63,158 nucleotides of DNA, filler included, from Blastocystis sp. subtype 4 (GCF_000743755.1; 37 parts of 37 records of this genome joined end to end with filler, not necessarily neighbours in it); one strand, 5' to 3'; shown: positions 1-13,371, counted from the whole stretch's first letter. The notes: a model not told the origin generated them from the letters alone. Translations and numbers: made by a program.

Positions 1-856
1 GATGTTATTATTGATGTTAATGATGATATGAGAATGAAATGGATTGATGATTGTGAATTGATTGTTACTAGTTGTGTTGAATCTCTGATTATTGGTTATT
101 ATTTCGATCCTGATATATCATCATTGATATTGAACTATTCATTGATATCATTGAAACAAATTAACATTGAAGATGATTGTTTTGAGAATGTGACTCGATT
201 TGTGATTGATGGATTGAATGAATTGGAGAGTCTGATCATTGAAAGGAATAGTTTCTATCTCGATGAGAAGCATAGAATAGGTAGCAAATGTTTGATAATG
301 AATTGTGCTCGATTGAGACAAATCGACATTGGGAAGAATTCATTCTATTACTATGAATCATTTGAATTGAAGAATCTTCCTTCTCTCATATCCATTCAGT
401 TGGATGATAATTCATTCTGGAAGTGTCATTCAGTAGTATTTGAGAGTATGAGTAATTGAAGAATGATGAATGAGATCTGACTCAACTTCAATCCATCACT
501 CTTGAATGGGCAGCACTTAGAGGTGATATTAATACTACTGAATCAAATGTACTGATAATGAAGAGTATGAATGATAATGATGATTGATTGATCAGATCTT
601 CCTTCTCTAACTTTACTCAAAGGAGATGGTAACAATTTCTGGTTAATAGGCAAAGTGATATTGGAGAGTGATTATTGATGATTGAGTTTGAATTAGATAT
701 TCCATCACTCACAACAGAAGGAATTCAGATGAGAGATCACAATACATTTAGTAAAGTGAATGAATTGCATAGTTCAAGTATGATTGATAGATTGATAATG
801 AATGAGATGCTGATTCTCTTGATAGATTCATTCGACAGAAGAACACATGTCTTTAG
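1..856 (+). CDS. Leucine-rich repeat (BspA/LRR_5-like) protein, 5'-partial, spliced
   Basis: NLPSLxSIxLxxNSF repeats. Introns 446-474, 565-595, 668-696 and 778-806 (29-31 nt GT-AG, all splitting an A|AT codon) restore one frame to TAG 854-856. Confidence 0.8.
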
Positions 857-1661
857 ACGATAGTTTATAAACATAGATTGTATGATAAACTAATGGATTC
901 ATTGCGTTTGTTTGAATGTTCCCGTTTGTATGAGAATGAATAGAGATGATTGTGATTGTACTCCTATTCCATATTCATCAACTCAAACCATCCACAACAC
1001 ATCTTATTCTATATCCAATCATTATGATTTGAATATGAATTGTGTGTCATCTGTGATAATCTATCATTCAATATATCATGTTTTCATCATTATTCAATCC
1101 CTATCATCTATACAATTCATACACTCTATCAACACCTATTCACAACACACACTCAACTATCTACACTCTCTGAGAGATGATATTGTGATGAAGATTATTA
1201 AGAGAGACTGTTTAGAAAGTGTTTTAATGAGGTGTGAAGAAGGAGTTTATTGATTGATATGATGTGAAGATGGAGTTAAGATTTAATGGTGAATTGTTGA
1301 GACTTATAAAGTGTATGAAATATTGAAAGACGGATGAATGATTGAGAGATAATAGGATGTTTGATTGATCGTAATGTGAAATGATAGAAACTGATTAGAA
1401 TCACGGGAATGAATGATAAGATGAACAGATTGATTATGAGAGGATTGAATATGATGAATGGAATGAAATGATGAATATGAATAGAATGGTTGAATATGGA
1501 TAGAATGAGTGATAATCACTGTCAATCCACTTCCATCTCATATTCATTATGATTTCATTAATATGAAGGGTAATGAATTGTTCATAGAATGATTGGAAAC
1601 AATATCGAATTGAGTGTATTGAAGTCAGAAGAGAGATATCTGGATGATTATGAGTTGGAGT

Positions 1662-1761
1662 NNNNNNNNNNNNNNNNNNNNNNNNNNNNNNNNNNNNNNN
1701 NNNNNTTAATTAATTAANNNNNNNNNNNNNNNNNNNNNNNNNNNNNNNNNNNNNNNNNNNN
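1662..1761. other. Artificial contig spacer (44N-TTAATTAATTAA-44N); 36 copies in the window
   Basis: Identical 100-nt six-frame-stop linker recurring every ~1.6 kb. Confidence 0.99.
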
Positions 1762-1860
1762 TTTGATGTAATAAAAAACAAGTCAACATAAACAGACTAA
1801 TAAAAAAGTAACTTCAATCAAGACTTCGAAGGAAATCTTCTAACCATTTCACTAAAGCAG
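1762..1860 (+). repeat. 99-nt sequence identical to 19103-19201 and reverse complement of 17592-17690
   Basis: Base-for-base match at three contig ends; it contains the WNK last codons and 3' flank. Confidence 0.95.
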
Positions 1861-3213
1861 TTGATACTTCAACAATATCAATTTCAGGAACAACATTCAT
1901 TCGACATAGGTTACTCACAAATGCTTCCACACAATCAACTCCATAACCAAATTCAGTTAATACTTTCAAATGATTTGAACTCTCTACTATTCAACACTTA
2001 AGAACAAGATTACTATACCAACGAATGAAACTCAATCGAAATATGTTACTTTTGAAGGATAATAAGGATACAATCAAAGTATCTTCACTCTTTGATCCTT
2101 CATCTTCATCAAAGGAGAAGGATAACTAAATCAAATTCATCATTTCTTACATACCTTACAATAGTTCGTTACAGGAGTGAATTCATTCTCATCACATTCT
2201 TCGAAACAAGTTAAAACAGGAGGAGAATCATCATATTGAGGACTTCGAATACTTTCACGACGAGACACATTCTCACTCTTTAATAAGGACCATTCCAATA
2301 ATTCATTTGCAGAAGGACGATTTGAAGGAGGACCTAATAGGATACGAATCAATTCATTGAATGAAGGATCAGTTACTTCTTTCAATGAATCAGGTAAGAT
2401 ACCCTATATCATTATCAAAGACACTTCAACTTACATTCAATACTTTCGATAAGAATTCTCTTGTATTCGAACATTCACTGTAAGGAGACTTACGAGTCAA
2501 CAGTTCTAACAAACACATTCCGAAAGCATACATATCTGTCTTCTCATTATAAACATTTGAATCCAATGTCTCTGGTGCCATATGATCCAATGTTCCAGAT
2601 ATTATACTATTCTTGTTTACATGAGAAGCCAAACCAAGATCACCTATTCGAATTGAAGATATCACACCATCAATAAACAAATTTGAACATTTCAAATCTT
2701 TGTGAATAATAGGAGGAGTACGAGAATGAAGATAAGAAAGACCACGAAGAATCTGTATACTCCATTTCTTTATTGCTTCAATTGAAATCTCTTTGTTCTT
2801 TATATATCTCAAATATCAACATAGTAACTCAAATACTCTAAGATCGTCCCTGAAGGCATGTATTGAGTGATTATCACAATTCGATTCTTCTTCTCATCAT
2901 ACCAAGAATCATAGTAACGAATGATATAATCACAAGTCACTGAACGAAGTAACTCAACTTCACTATTGAAACGAATTCGTTCTTCATATGTTACTTCTTC
3001 TAATGATACATCACTCCAAGCAACATCTCGACCTTCTGTTACATCAAAAGCAACATATCTATATATCAACTTATCATTCTATTGTATACACTTTCTTAAA
3101 CGATCCAGAACCTATCAATGTATTGAACTAAGACTCTTAATACTCTTTCAATTCAATACTCGTTTATATCGTTTACATGGAGATTCTTCACATACTACTT
3201 TAGGAATACTCAT
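1814..3213 (-). CDS. WNK: WNK-family Ser/Thr protein kinase, multi-intron
   Basis: Spliced reading gives GSGSFKKVY..GRDVAW (Lys in beta2), PPIIHKDLKCSNLFIDG, IRIGDLGLA, MAPE; ATG 3213, TGA 1816-1814. Confidence 0.85.
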
Positions 3214-3514
3214 AGGATACAATAGTATTCTTCAATTCATCGATTTCCTAAAATCGATTCAATTTGTGTTTGATGTTCAAGAGTTCTTTGATAATTATAT
3301 TTATGAATGATATTGATTATTCTATTCTATTCTCTTTCTTCTTTTATCTCCTTCTCATCTTCATTTGATTAATATATATCGAATCATATCCATTTGAACA
3401 AACATAGAATCAATNNNNNNNNNNNNNNNNNNNNNNNNNNNNNNNNNNNNNNNNNNNNTTAATTAATTAANNNNNNNNNNNNNNNNNNNNNNNNNNNNNN
3501 NNNNNNNNNNNNNN

Positions 3515-4768
3515 TCCTTTGAGTGGTTCTTCTTCTGATCCTGTTGTGTTTGATTCTACTGGAGTATTTGGAGTTGAAGATTGTTCTACTGTTGTTGATT
3601 CTTATTCTTCACTCACTTCTACTACTCCTACTTCAGGTACTCTTTCTGGAATCATGGATCTCGATCCATTTAATACTGGTTATCTTCCTAATGACATTGG
3701 AACCTATATTGAATGGACTGTTGAGAATCTGGAAGGAAGCAAATGGAATTCATTCAACATGGTTGGAGGATCCACTGTCACATCTTGGGGATTTGATATC
3801 ATTGCTAACTACAATCCTGATGATACTACTAATATACCAGTGACAATTCTGAATACTATTGGTCAGACTGTGACTTCTCGAACAAAGCCTCAGATTCCTG
3901 TTCCTGTGGCTCTGGCTGGATTCCGTAGATATCGATGGGAAGTTACTGTGACGGGCTCAACAGGAACGACTTTGAGTTCTGCTCATATGGCCTATTGTAA
4001 GGCTTCAGGAGCTGTGTGTCCTGGAATTGGCAACTATCCTTCAGTGGCTGAAGGTCAAATCTCTCCTTCTTCTTGTCCTGAGGGTTACAGAGGTTATTCA
4101 TATCGTGAGTTTCTAATGGGGTACTAAGTGAAGTTAACACAGATCATTGCTCCAAGAGGCCGCCAATGAATGCTCGTTACACACAATCACGTTACATTTT
4201 TGTAATGGATACACAAGTGACCACTAGTGTTCCTTCAGTGAGAAACATTGTTGATCGTTGGTACATTGATACTGGAGTGGTTCTTCCTAATGGATTGAGT
4301 CTGAATGCCCAGACTGGAGAGATTTCTGGAACTCCTACATCAGAACAGAGTTTGACAACATACACAGTATATGCTGAGAATGAATCAGGAGCAACTCAAG
4401 CAACAGTATCAATTGAGGTACGAAAGGGACAATGTATGGCTGAAGGAGTATTCCCTGTAACGTATGTTGGTGAAACAGCAGTGTATGAGTGTTCGAGTCA
4501 GGGAAGCTATGTGGGAACTCAGAAGCGTGGTTGTATTCTTGGAAGTGAGAATGGAGAGTGGCAAAATGCATCTGGATTCTGTATGTCTGTTCCACTGCTA
4601 GTTATGGTTGTGTTAATAGTAATCATCATAATTGCAGTTATTGTATTTATCCTGCTTAGAACAAGCAAGAAGGCAAAGGCAAAAGGAGGAGTGAAGGGAA
4701 AGAAGAGTGTGAAAGCATCCAAAACTGCTAGCAAGCCTACTGCCTCTATGAAGAAAGTGAAGGTCTAA
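3515..4768 (+). CDS. Type I membrane surface protein (beta-sandwich, Cys-rich, He_PIG Ig-like, TM, Lys-rich tail), 5'-partial, 1-nt frameshift near 4110
   Basis: Two ORFs join by comparison with intact paralogue 19302-20570; LPNGLSLNAQTGEISGTPT He_PIG motif; TM then KKAKAK..KKVKV. Confidence 0.8.
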
Positions 4769-5157
4769 ATTGCCAATTGGAATGGTTTGTTTGCATACTA
4801 GCGTTTGGGTTTCACAAAGATCCAACTGCCATAGAATTGTCTCAGCCATATCTTATCAGTACTATTTCTAATCTTCAGTCTTCCTTGATCTTTCGATAAC
4901 AATTGTACCATAATGATACATACCATTTCATTTTCATAATAACAGGAGATTGGTTGAGAATGGATTATCATCTCTTCACAGCATTATCAAGAAATCAATT
5001 CTATTTTAATTCCATGTATTGAAGATTGATGATGAGACTATCTGGAATTACATCCATACAAATGTAGGAGTGTTTCTTATGATTGTAATTATGATGTCTT
5101 TGGAGTGATGCGTGGATGAACATGTTATTAAAAAGAGTTAGTGAAAGAAATAAAAAC

Positions 5158-5235
5158 AAGAACGGTCATATCTAGTGGAAAGCGCCCTAACCCGTCTGAT
5201 CTAGGAAGCTAAGTCATTACGAGTTGAGTTAGTAC
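5158..5235 (+). rRNA. 5S rRNA, 3'-truncated by contig end
   Basis: AAGAACGGTCATA..GAAAGCGCC..CGTCTGATCT.GGAAGCTAAG..GTTAGTAC follows the eukaryotic 5S consensus; helix II pairing TAGTGG/TCATTA retained. Confidence 0.85.
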
Positions 5236-5335
5236 NNNNNNNNNNNNNNNNNNNNNNNNNNNNNNNNNNNNNNNNNNNNTTAATTAATTAANNNNNNNNN
5301 NNNNNNNNNNNNNNNNNNNNNNNNNNNNNNNNNNN

Positions 5336-6986
5336 GTCCTTTGATGAGAGTGAATGAGAATTGAGAATAATGAAGATTGGATAGAGGAATAATGACTAGA
5401 ATGGAGATTGTGAATTGAATTGATCCGACTTGATTGGATGCTTGAATGGTGATGTTTGTGAGAGGAATTGAAGATAGAGGAGTTCCTGATATAATTCCTG
5501 TTGATGAATTGAATGATAGACCAATAGGAAGAGATCCAGAGATAATGGAGAATGACAGATCATCTCCTTCACAGGTTGGCTTGGTGATGAAATGTGTGTT
5601 GTTTTGAATGATGAAGATGGTTTGATTGTAGTTGAGAGATGAAGGAATGAGTTGAATAGTGAATGAAAGAGAGAATGATTGATCATGACTGATTGAGATG
5701 ATACTGATTGAGAAGGAGTTCCTGATATCATTCCAGTTGAAGGATTGATAATGAGTCCAATGGGAAGAGATCCTGATAAGACAGAGAATGATAGATCATC
5801 TCCATCAACAGTGGGAACAATAGAGAATGGATTGTACCTTGATAGAACATAGGATGATTGAGGATATGAGAACAGCGAGATAGATTGAAGAACAGTGAAT
5901 GAAAGAGAGAATGATTGATTACTCAGTTCATTCGATGCTTTGATAGTAATTGATTGCAATAGAACGAATAGGGATGGAGTTCCAGATATCACACCAGTTG
6001 ATGGATTGAGAGACAATCCATCAGGAAGTGATCCTGAAGTGATCGAGAATGATAGATCATCTCCATTAACTGTAGGAGAGATGGAGAACGATACACCAGA
6101 TGATAGGATATAGGAAGTCTGAGGATATGCGAATGAAGAGATAGGAGTGAGAACAGTGAATGTGATTGAGAATGATCGATCACTCACATCATTGGATGCT
6201 TTGATAATGACTGATTGAGATATGATGGATTGAAAAGGAAAACCAGATATCACACCTGTTGATTGATTGAGAGTGATACCAATAGGAAGTGATCCTGATA
6301 TGATAGAGAACAATAGATTATCTCCATTGACTGTAGAAGAGATAGAGAACGATTCATTTACTGATAGAAGATAGGATGACTGAGAATAAGCGAATGAAGT
6401 GATAGATTGAAGAACTGTGAACGAAAGAGAGAATGATCGATCACTCACATCATTGAATGCTTTGATTGTTACTGATCTTGATATGACGAATTGAGAAGGA
6501 GATCCTGATATGACTCCATTTGATGGATTGAGTGATAATCCAACAGGTAGCGATCCTGATATGATAGAGAATGAAAGAACATCTCCATCAACAGAAGGAG
6601 AGATAGAGAATAGATAACTCTTTACCAGAATAAATGAAGACTGAGAATATGAAAATGAAGAGATAAAAGCGAGCACTGTGAATATGAGTGAGAAATTGTC
6701 ATCACTCACATCATTGAATGCTTTGATAGTGACTGATTGAGATGATACTGATTGAGAAGGAATTCCAGATATCATTCCAGTTGATGGATTGAGTGACAAT
6801 CCCATAGGAAGAGATCCTGATAAAATAGAGAAAGAGAGTTGATCTCCATTGACTGTAGGAGTGATAGAGAATGGATGTTTTTTTGACAGAACATAAGATG
6901 ATTGAGAATATGAGAATGAAGAGATAGGAGTGATAACAGTGAATGAAAGAACAACAGTTTCAATTGCTGTTCCACTCATTGCTTCG
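5336..6986 (-). CDS. Tandem He_PIG (putative Ig) repeat protein, internal fragment
   Basis: About six ~87-aa repeats with SGSLPxGLSLNPSTGxISGxP; frame break near 5680. Confidence 0.85.
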
Positions 6987-7086
6987 NNNNNNNNNNNNNN
7001 NNNNNNNNNNNNNNNNNNNNNNNNNNNNNNTTAATTAATTAANNNNNNNNNNNNNNNNNNNNNNNNNNNNNNNNNNNNNNNNNNNN

Positions 7087-8737
7087 TAGGTTGTAGTAGC
7101 AACCAATCTGATGAACAAGGAACAGGAGACTTTGAATGAGATTTGTCACAGAAATCACATTTGTTTCATCGGTGCAAATACCTATGGTCTTGCATCTCGA
7201 ATCTTCTGTGATTTTGGTGATGAATTCATTGTCACTGACATTGACGATAGTGAACCAGGTCAAGCGCTTGTGGGTGATATTAGCAATGTCGTATCAATCA
7301 GTCGAGATTATCTATAGGACAAGGAGGGTTTGGTAACTGTAGCTGACGATCGTCATCCCTTCCAGGAAGGAGATATGGTGACGTTCTCTGATGTTCGAGG
7401 TATGACTGAACTAAATGGTTGTGAACCTCGTCGTGTTCATGTGTTGGGGAATCAGCAGTTCACTATTGGAGATACTTCCTCGTTTTCTCCTTATGAGTCC
7501 TTCGGATGGTGTATTCAAGTGAAACAACCTCGTTCAATGCACTTTTTGCCACTGCAGGAAGCGAATAAGTGTCCTGGAGAGTTCCTTGTGACAGACTTTG
7601 GTAAGTTCGATCATGCTGTGAGCTTGCATGCTGCTGTATTGGCATTGGATCAGTTTATGGAGACAATGGGTCGACCTCCATGTCCCTGGAGTGATGGAGA
7701 TGCATCTCAGCTGGTGTCTCTGAGTGAGCAAATCAGTGAACAGTATCAAGTGAGTGAAATGGATTCTATTGAGGTGTAGTTGGGTGATGTGAATAAGGAA
7801 GTGGTACGTTCATTTGCTATGACTTGTTGTGGTGATTTGTGCCCTATTGCCGCATGTTTTGGAGGTATTGTGGCTCAAGAAGTGTTGAAGGCTTGTAGTG
7901 GCAAGTTCACTCCCATTCATCAGTTTATGTATTATGATGCATTCGAAGCCTTACCTGACCGCTCAGAACATGGTTGAGATGTCTGAAAGGAGTGAATTGT
8001 AGAAGATTGTAAGGAGGTGGGATCTCGTTACGATGGTCAGACTGTTGTATTTGGCACAGCTCTTCAGGAGAAACTAGCTAACAGTCAAGTGTTCTTGGTA
8101 GGAGCTGGAGCTATTGGATGTGAGATGATCAAGAATCTGGCTCTGATGGGTGTGGCAACAGGTCCTGAAGGATGTCTCCATGTAACAGATATGGATCGAA
8201 TCGAACGAAGCAATCTGAGTCGACAGTTCCTATTCCGTAACAGTGATATTGGTCACAGCAAATCCTTGACTGCTGTTCATGCTATTCAGAAGATGAATCC
8301 GGCAGTTCACTGTCAACAATATGAAGTGAAGGTGGGTCCAGAAACAGAAGACATTTTCACTGATACATTCATGGAGTCTCTGACAGCTGTATGCAACGCA
8401 CTAGACAATGTGGAGGCTCGTAAGTACATGGATGCCCGTTGTGTGCGTTTTGGGAAGCCTTTATTGGAATCAGGTACTCTAGGCACAAGAGGCAATACAC
8501 AGATTGTGGTTCCTTTCCTGACTGAGAGTTATGGAGCTCAGAATGATCCTCAAGGTGTGAATATGATGAGAGAATGATAGATAGAAGCTGGAATTCCAAT
8601 GTGTACTTTGAAGAATTATCCTTATAAGATTGAACACACCATCCAATGGTCACGCGATCTCTTTGAAGGACTCTTCACTCAAGCCATTCAGACATTGGCT
8701 TCCTATCGTGATACTCCTGACTATTTGAACTCTTTTA
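7087..8737 (+). CDS. UBA1: Ubiquitin-activating enzyme E1, internal fragment
   Basis: [55 protein letters not shown], catalytic [10 protein letters not shown]; ~30-nt introns. Confidence 0.97.
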
Positions 8738-8837
8738 NNNNNNNNNNNNNNNNNNNNNNNNNNNNNNNNNNNNNNNNNNNNTTAATTAATTAANNNNNNN
8801 NNNNNNNNNNNNNNNNNNNNNNNNNNNNNNNNNNNNN

Positions 8838-9468
8838 TAATAATGTGTCATTTACATCAATTTGGTTTGACTGGTTATGAATTCAAACAAACAACCAATT
8901 CAAAACAACTCTTGGAAATAAGCAGAATGGGATAAACAGTATTCCCTGCTAAATACGGAACATAACTTTCTCTTATTCAACTCGATTCTCATTCATTTCA
9001 CAAAACAAGAATAGAAGCTTCGAAGAACTGAAGGTATGGTTATCAACCAACATAATATCGTTTCCTATTGGATAATTGGTTTGGAACCAATCAGATTGGT
9101 ATAAGCTGCTCAATAGACGGAAAATAACCGTTTAGTGATCCAATGAATATAATAATTATGAATCAATGAACCTATGGAATCGTTGTTTGGAGTGATGATA
9201 TCAACCAAACTGTTGAGTTAGTGTTGCTAATTTCGAATCTATATTCCGCATTTCACTTCCAAGGTCAGAAATGATTATTGGTTGAAAACACACAATTCAG
9301 ATAAGTCAATGTCTAGATCTGTTACCAGTGATATAACAAACCATTTGGAATCAATATTGATAGTTCACATTTCTGATAGTTGTTTTATCATTCCTTGTTC
9401 TATTGGACCCATATCTCAATAGACAAATGATTGATTGTTTCTACAAACAATCCAGGACAATTCATCTA
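8838..9468. repeat. Dispersed degenerate repeat (copies at 47200-47805 inverted; partial near 42600-42780)
   Basis: Close reverse-complement similarity by eye; no open frame. Confidence 0.85.
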
Positions 9469-9638
9469 TGGACATTATTTACTACAACATAACAAAACTG
9501 TACAGGCTCTAAGAGTGTTTATTCTTTGAAACTCCTTTATCAATAGCATTCGAATCCTTTCCAACCTAGCTGACTATTGGATTAGTTTCTGTATTCAACA
9601 TCACTCCTCTCACCACCCTCTTTCCAAACAAACAATAC

Positions 9639-10479
9639 ATTCCTCTTTCTTCAGTTTCAACTGTAACCCAATTCGATACATTCTTATCAATTTGAATAGT
9701 ACATCCAAAGAAACCGCCAAAGCCAAAGGGAGAATCAAATACAAATCCATTCGAAGCACATTCACATCACGTAGTCCATACAAATATCCTCGTATTCCCA
9801 GTGTTGTTATCATTGGACACAATACTCCACAACATACACTCCGTAACAAAAGAGGCATATTCTAGTACTCACTTATTCACTCAAGATCCTACTTCAAAGG
9901 GCCAACGATCGTCAACACGACACAACATTCCTACAAATACACAAATACCACATACAATTCTTGACCACTGTAGATTCATGTTCTCCTCCTGTTCAATATG
10001 ACTCAATACCTCATCCACATCCACACGTCTATCAAACAGAATATACCTTGCCTTCCCATTCTCTCGAACTGGCATCAACCGATAATCGTTCTGTTCAGCC
10101 ACAATCGTTACTTCTATCGGCATTGCTTCAGTCTCAAACCCCACTCGAATGTCCCCAGATTCACAATTTCTCTCCCATTCCTCCTCTTCTTCTGCACTTA
10201 ACATTGTCATATTTGTATGAGATACACGTTCTGATGACCCAACTGCATTCAACTTGCTGTAATACCATCCCTCTCCCACAAACAGGAAACCTTCCTTCTT
10301 TGTTGACAAAGGAACATACTTGTACCAAAGGATTTGGGTTCATAACGATGGCGACGGGTTGTCTAAATCCCACATCAACAGAAACCCTACCACATTCTGA
10401 AAGAACGGAGGATCCACAACAAACGAACCGATAAGGATTCGACGAGGAGTTCGTACACGACTAGGGAAGGGATCACGAA
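9639..10479 (-). CDS. TMEM43/LUMA-like membrane protein, 5'-partial; stop probably made by polyadenylation
   Basis: GDIRVGF..VTIVAEQ..L.P..NG..WSRIVCG pattern followed by TM helices; ends GAG GAA T|GTAT TGTTTGTT. Confidence 0.6.
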
Positions 10480-10579
10480 NNNNNNNNNNNNNNNNNNNNN
10501 NNNNNNNNNNNNNNNNNNNNNNNTTAATTAATTAANNNNNNNNNNNNNNNNNNNNNNNNNNNNNNNNNNNNNNNNNNNN

Positions 10580-11694
10580 AGGGTATTAAGATGCTAATCA
10601 CACGTCATATACTTGAACTGGGTTATAGTCTTATCTATATCGATACTGATTTGTATGTTTATGGTGATTTGGATTCAGAATTATCCTCTCTACCATATAT
10701 GGATGCATACTTTGCTACTGATAGAAGATGTTGTAGAAAGTTCTGTGATGGGTTTATGTTTCTTCATCCCTCTCAGGAGTTAATTGACATTATTTGGGAT
10801 TCATTCAAGTACTATCCAATGTTCCAGTATCATGATCAACAAAACACTTCATGAGAGAAGGTTCAAATATGGACTCATTCCTTTCTCAATTGTTGAAAAT
10901 GGATTTGATTTCTTTAGTGATAAGAGTTTTGGACCAATATCAAGTAGTATCTTTTGATTCCTGAGACTTAGATAATATGACATTTCTAGCCCTTCACAAT
11001 GATTTCGTTTTTTCAATTCCAGCCAAACATTATCGAATGAAGGTGATGGGATTGTATAAGCATAACTACAATCAAGAATACTCTACAAAAGGAAGAAACT
11101 ATCTCTATATTCAGAATCCAATTCGTAATCATTCTTAATTGATAATGAGGTAGATAAAGGACAACTAGCATGTATAGTGAAAATGGCCAATCATTTGAAT
11201 CGATCTCTTATTGTTCCCTATATGAAGTGCAACAAGAAGACTAACTCAAAGTACTGTAATGCATGTGATGAAGACAATTATTGTGCTACTAGCATATTAA
11301 AGAATTGTCTTAAGCCATGGTTTGAGAATGTAATGACCAAACAACAGTTACATGTAGACCTTCTTTGAGAATCGATATGTTCTTCCTGAGGTTAAGAAAT
11401 CGTTTGATAATGATCCAGTTATAGAGTACAATGTTAACACGATTTGTAACTCTGTTCCTCTATCCCTAAGTAATTCCAATGTTATTGTTCTTAAACTACT
11501 GTTACGATTGTGTGTTTGTGAATATGATTCCATGTTCTGTTGATGGAATTGATTCTCTAGGATTGGGTGATTAAAGCACTTGTCATTCTAAGCCATCTAG
11601 GAACCAGTTTGCTGAAGCATCTGATAACACTACATGCAAAAGAGTAAAAACAGGAGATGGACATGAGTTATGCACTGCTGATAATAGATTCTGA
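10580..11694 (+). CDS. Nucleotide-diphospho-sugar transferase (GT77-like), partial, frameshift near 10848
   Basis: LELGYSLIYIDTDL (DXD), CDGFMFL, HDQQ, then spliced HNDF..KHYRMKVMGLY. Confidence 0.65.
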
Positions 11695-11974
11695 AACAAT
11701 AATGCTTTATGTACTTTCTGAAATTGGGTTGCATTCTTGCACAATGTTGTAGCAAAACTACTATTGGTTGTTTGGGCCCTGTTATCAGCAACACCAACCA
11801 CGATATCACTCAGTTGTTGGTTGCTTTTTCATACAATTGTCAGTGTTAGCGAAAAAGGAGGCCTCATCTCTGATCTCTACCAAACAAAATGGCCTCAATA
11901 CTACTAATATGAGTGGTCAATGATTAGATAATGAGTGATTGATGAATTGAACCGATTCCCGTGGATCTGTTATA

Positions 11975-12221
11975 GGTAATGTTGAACAGAAAGATCATAT
12001 TGATTTCTTGATTGATGATAAGAATATGAGTGTAGATAATGTTGAATCAATATCAGAGAAGATAAATGGAGTAGAATGGAGAATGAAGTGGAAAGAGTAC
12101 TTGAAAGAGAGTGTATTGAATAATAATAAGAATTGTATGTTGAATTTGAATGTTGATAAAGGAGAAATGAGAGGAGTATGTAAGAGAGGAGAAGAAGTGA
12201 TAGAAGTGAAAGAGAATGAGA
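11975..12221 (+). repeat. Coding-like fragment duplicated at 26171-26330 (minus)
   Basis: Both encode IDxKNMSVDNVESISxKxNGVxWRMKWKEYLKESVLN. Confidence 0.75.
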
Positions 12222-12321
12222 NNNNNNNNNNNNNNNNNNNNNNNNNNNNNNNNNNNNNNNNNNNNTTAATTAATTAANNNNNNNNNNNNNNNNNNNNNNN
12301 NNNNNNNNNNNNNNNNNNNNN

Positions 12322-13225
12322 TGGATTCAACTGTTCTATCATTCAATCTGTCTCCATTCTCTCATCTCAAATCCCTCACTATTGGAGATGATTCTTTTGG
12401 TTCACCAATTGAGTTCATAGTCAATGGACTGAATGAATTGATTTCAATTGATATTGGAATGAACTCATTCACAAGGAGCAGAATGTCTTATGCTGAACGA
12501 TGGAATCGAGAGTTTCATGTGAAGAACTGTGGATCTCTGAGAGAATTGATTATTGGACGATATTCATTCTCTGATTATTGTGTATTCGATCTATCCAATC
12601 TTCCTCAACTCAGAACCATCTCCATTGGAACTGTTGATCAATCTTATAACTTCTTTTATGCTTATGATGTTGATTTGATTGGTGAGAATGAGTGTGACAA
12701 ATGATTGAAAGACTTGCCTTCACTTGAATCCATATCTATTGGAAGCTATTCATTTGGTGGTTGTCATTCAGTTCAATTTGAGAGTAATGATTGAATGAAT
12801 GAGTAATAATCAGATCTGCCAAGATTTCAGTCCATGTATCTGTTTGAAGGAGCATTTCAAGGGGATTTGAGAGATGATCGTAAATCGAATAGCACAGCTC
12901 CTTTCAATTATCGAAACACTCTAACAATGAAGAGTGATGAATAGAAGCAAGAATGATGATTAGATCTGAGTCTTCTTGTGTCAATGCGAATCCCTTCGTA
13001 TTGTTTCAGGTATATTGGATCTGTTGTTTTGGAGAGTATGAGTAATGAATTGAGTTGAGAGTAGATATTCCAGTTCTTTCTTCAGGTATTATCACTAGCA
13101 GTGGTAATTATCAATTTGCTAGTGTTTATGAATTGACTGCAACGAGTGTGATTAAGAGTTGAAGATAAGATGTAGATGCTGTTGCTCTTGAATCGTTTAT
13201 TCGAAGCCGAAGTTCTTATGTTTAG
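12322..13225 (+). CDS. LRR protein, 3' part, spliced
   Basis: LRR exons separated by ~30-nt phase-1 introns; ends FIRSRSSYV TAG with TGTTTGTT downstream. Confidence 0.8.
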
Positions 13226-13371
13226 CTGATTCAGATAGTCTGTTTGTTCGAAGTCATGAGTTGTAACCTCATTCTCAGACCAAAACACTAATGGTTAGAG
13301 TGATGTTGAAAACAATGTGAAGCTCATGTGATTCTCTCATAATCTGATACCAGAAGGATGAAACATAGAAA

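Noticed and set aside
912..1661. Short ORFs in ATC/GAT-rich low-complexity DNA (also 16591-16785, 36391-36560)
   Set aside because: Compositionally skewed intergenic sequence with no recognisable motifs
1662..1761. Regularly spaced TTAATTAATTAA palindrome as a biological repeat or CRISPR-like array
   Set aside because: Fixed N-padded linker that stops all six frames; ORFs ending in X..LIN are artefacts of it
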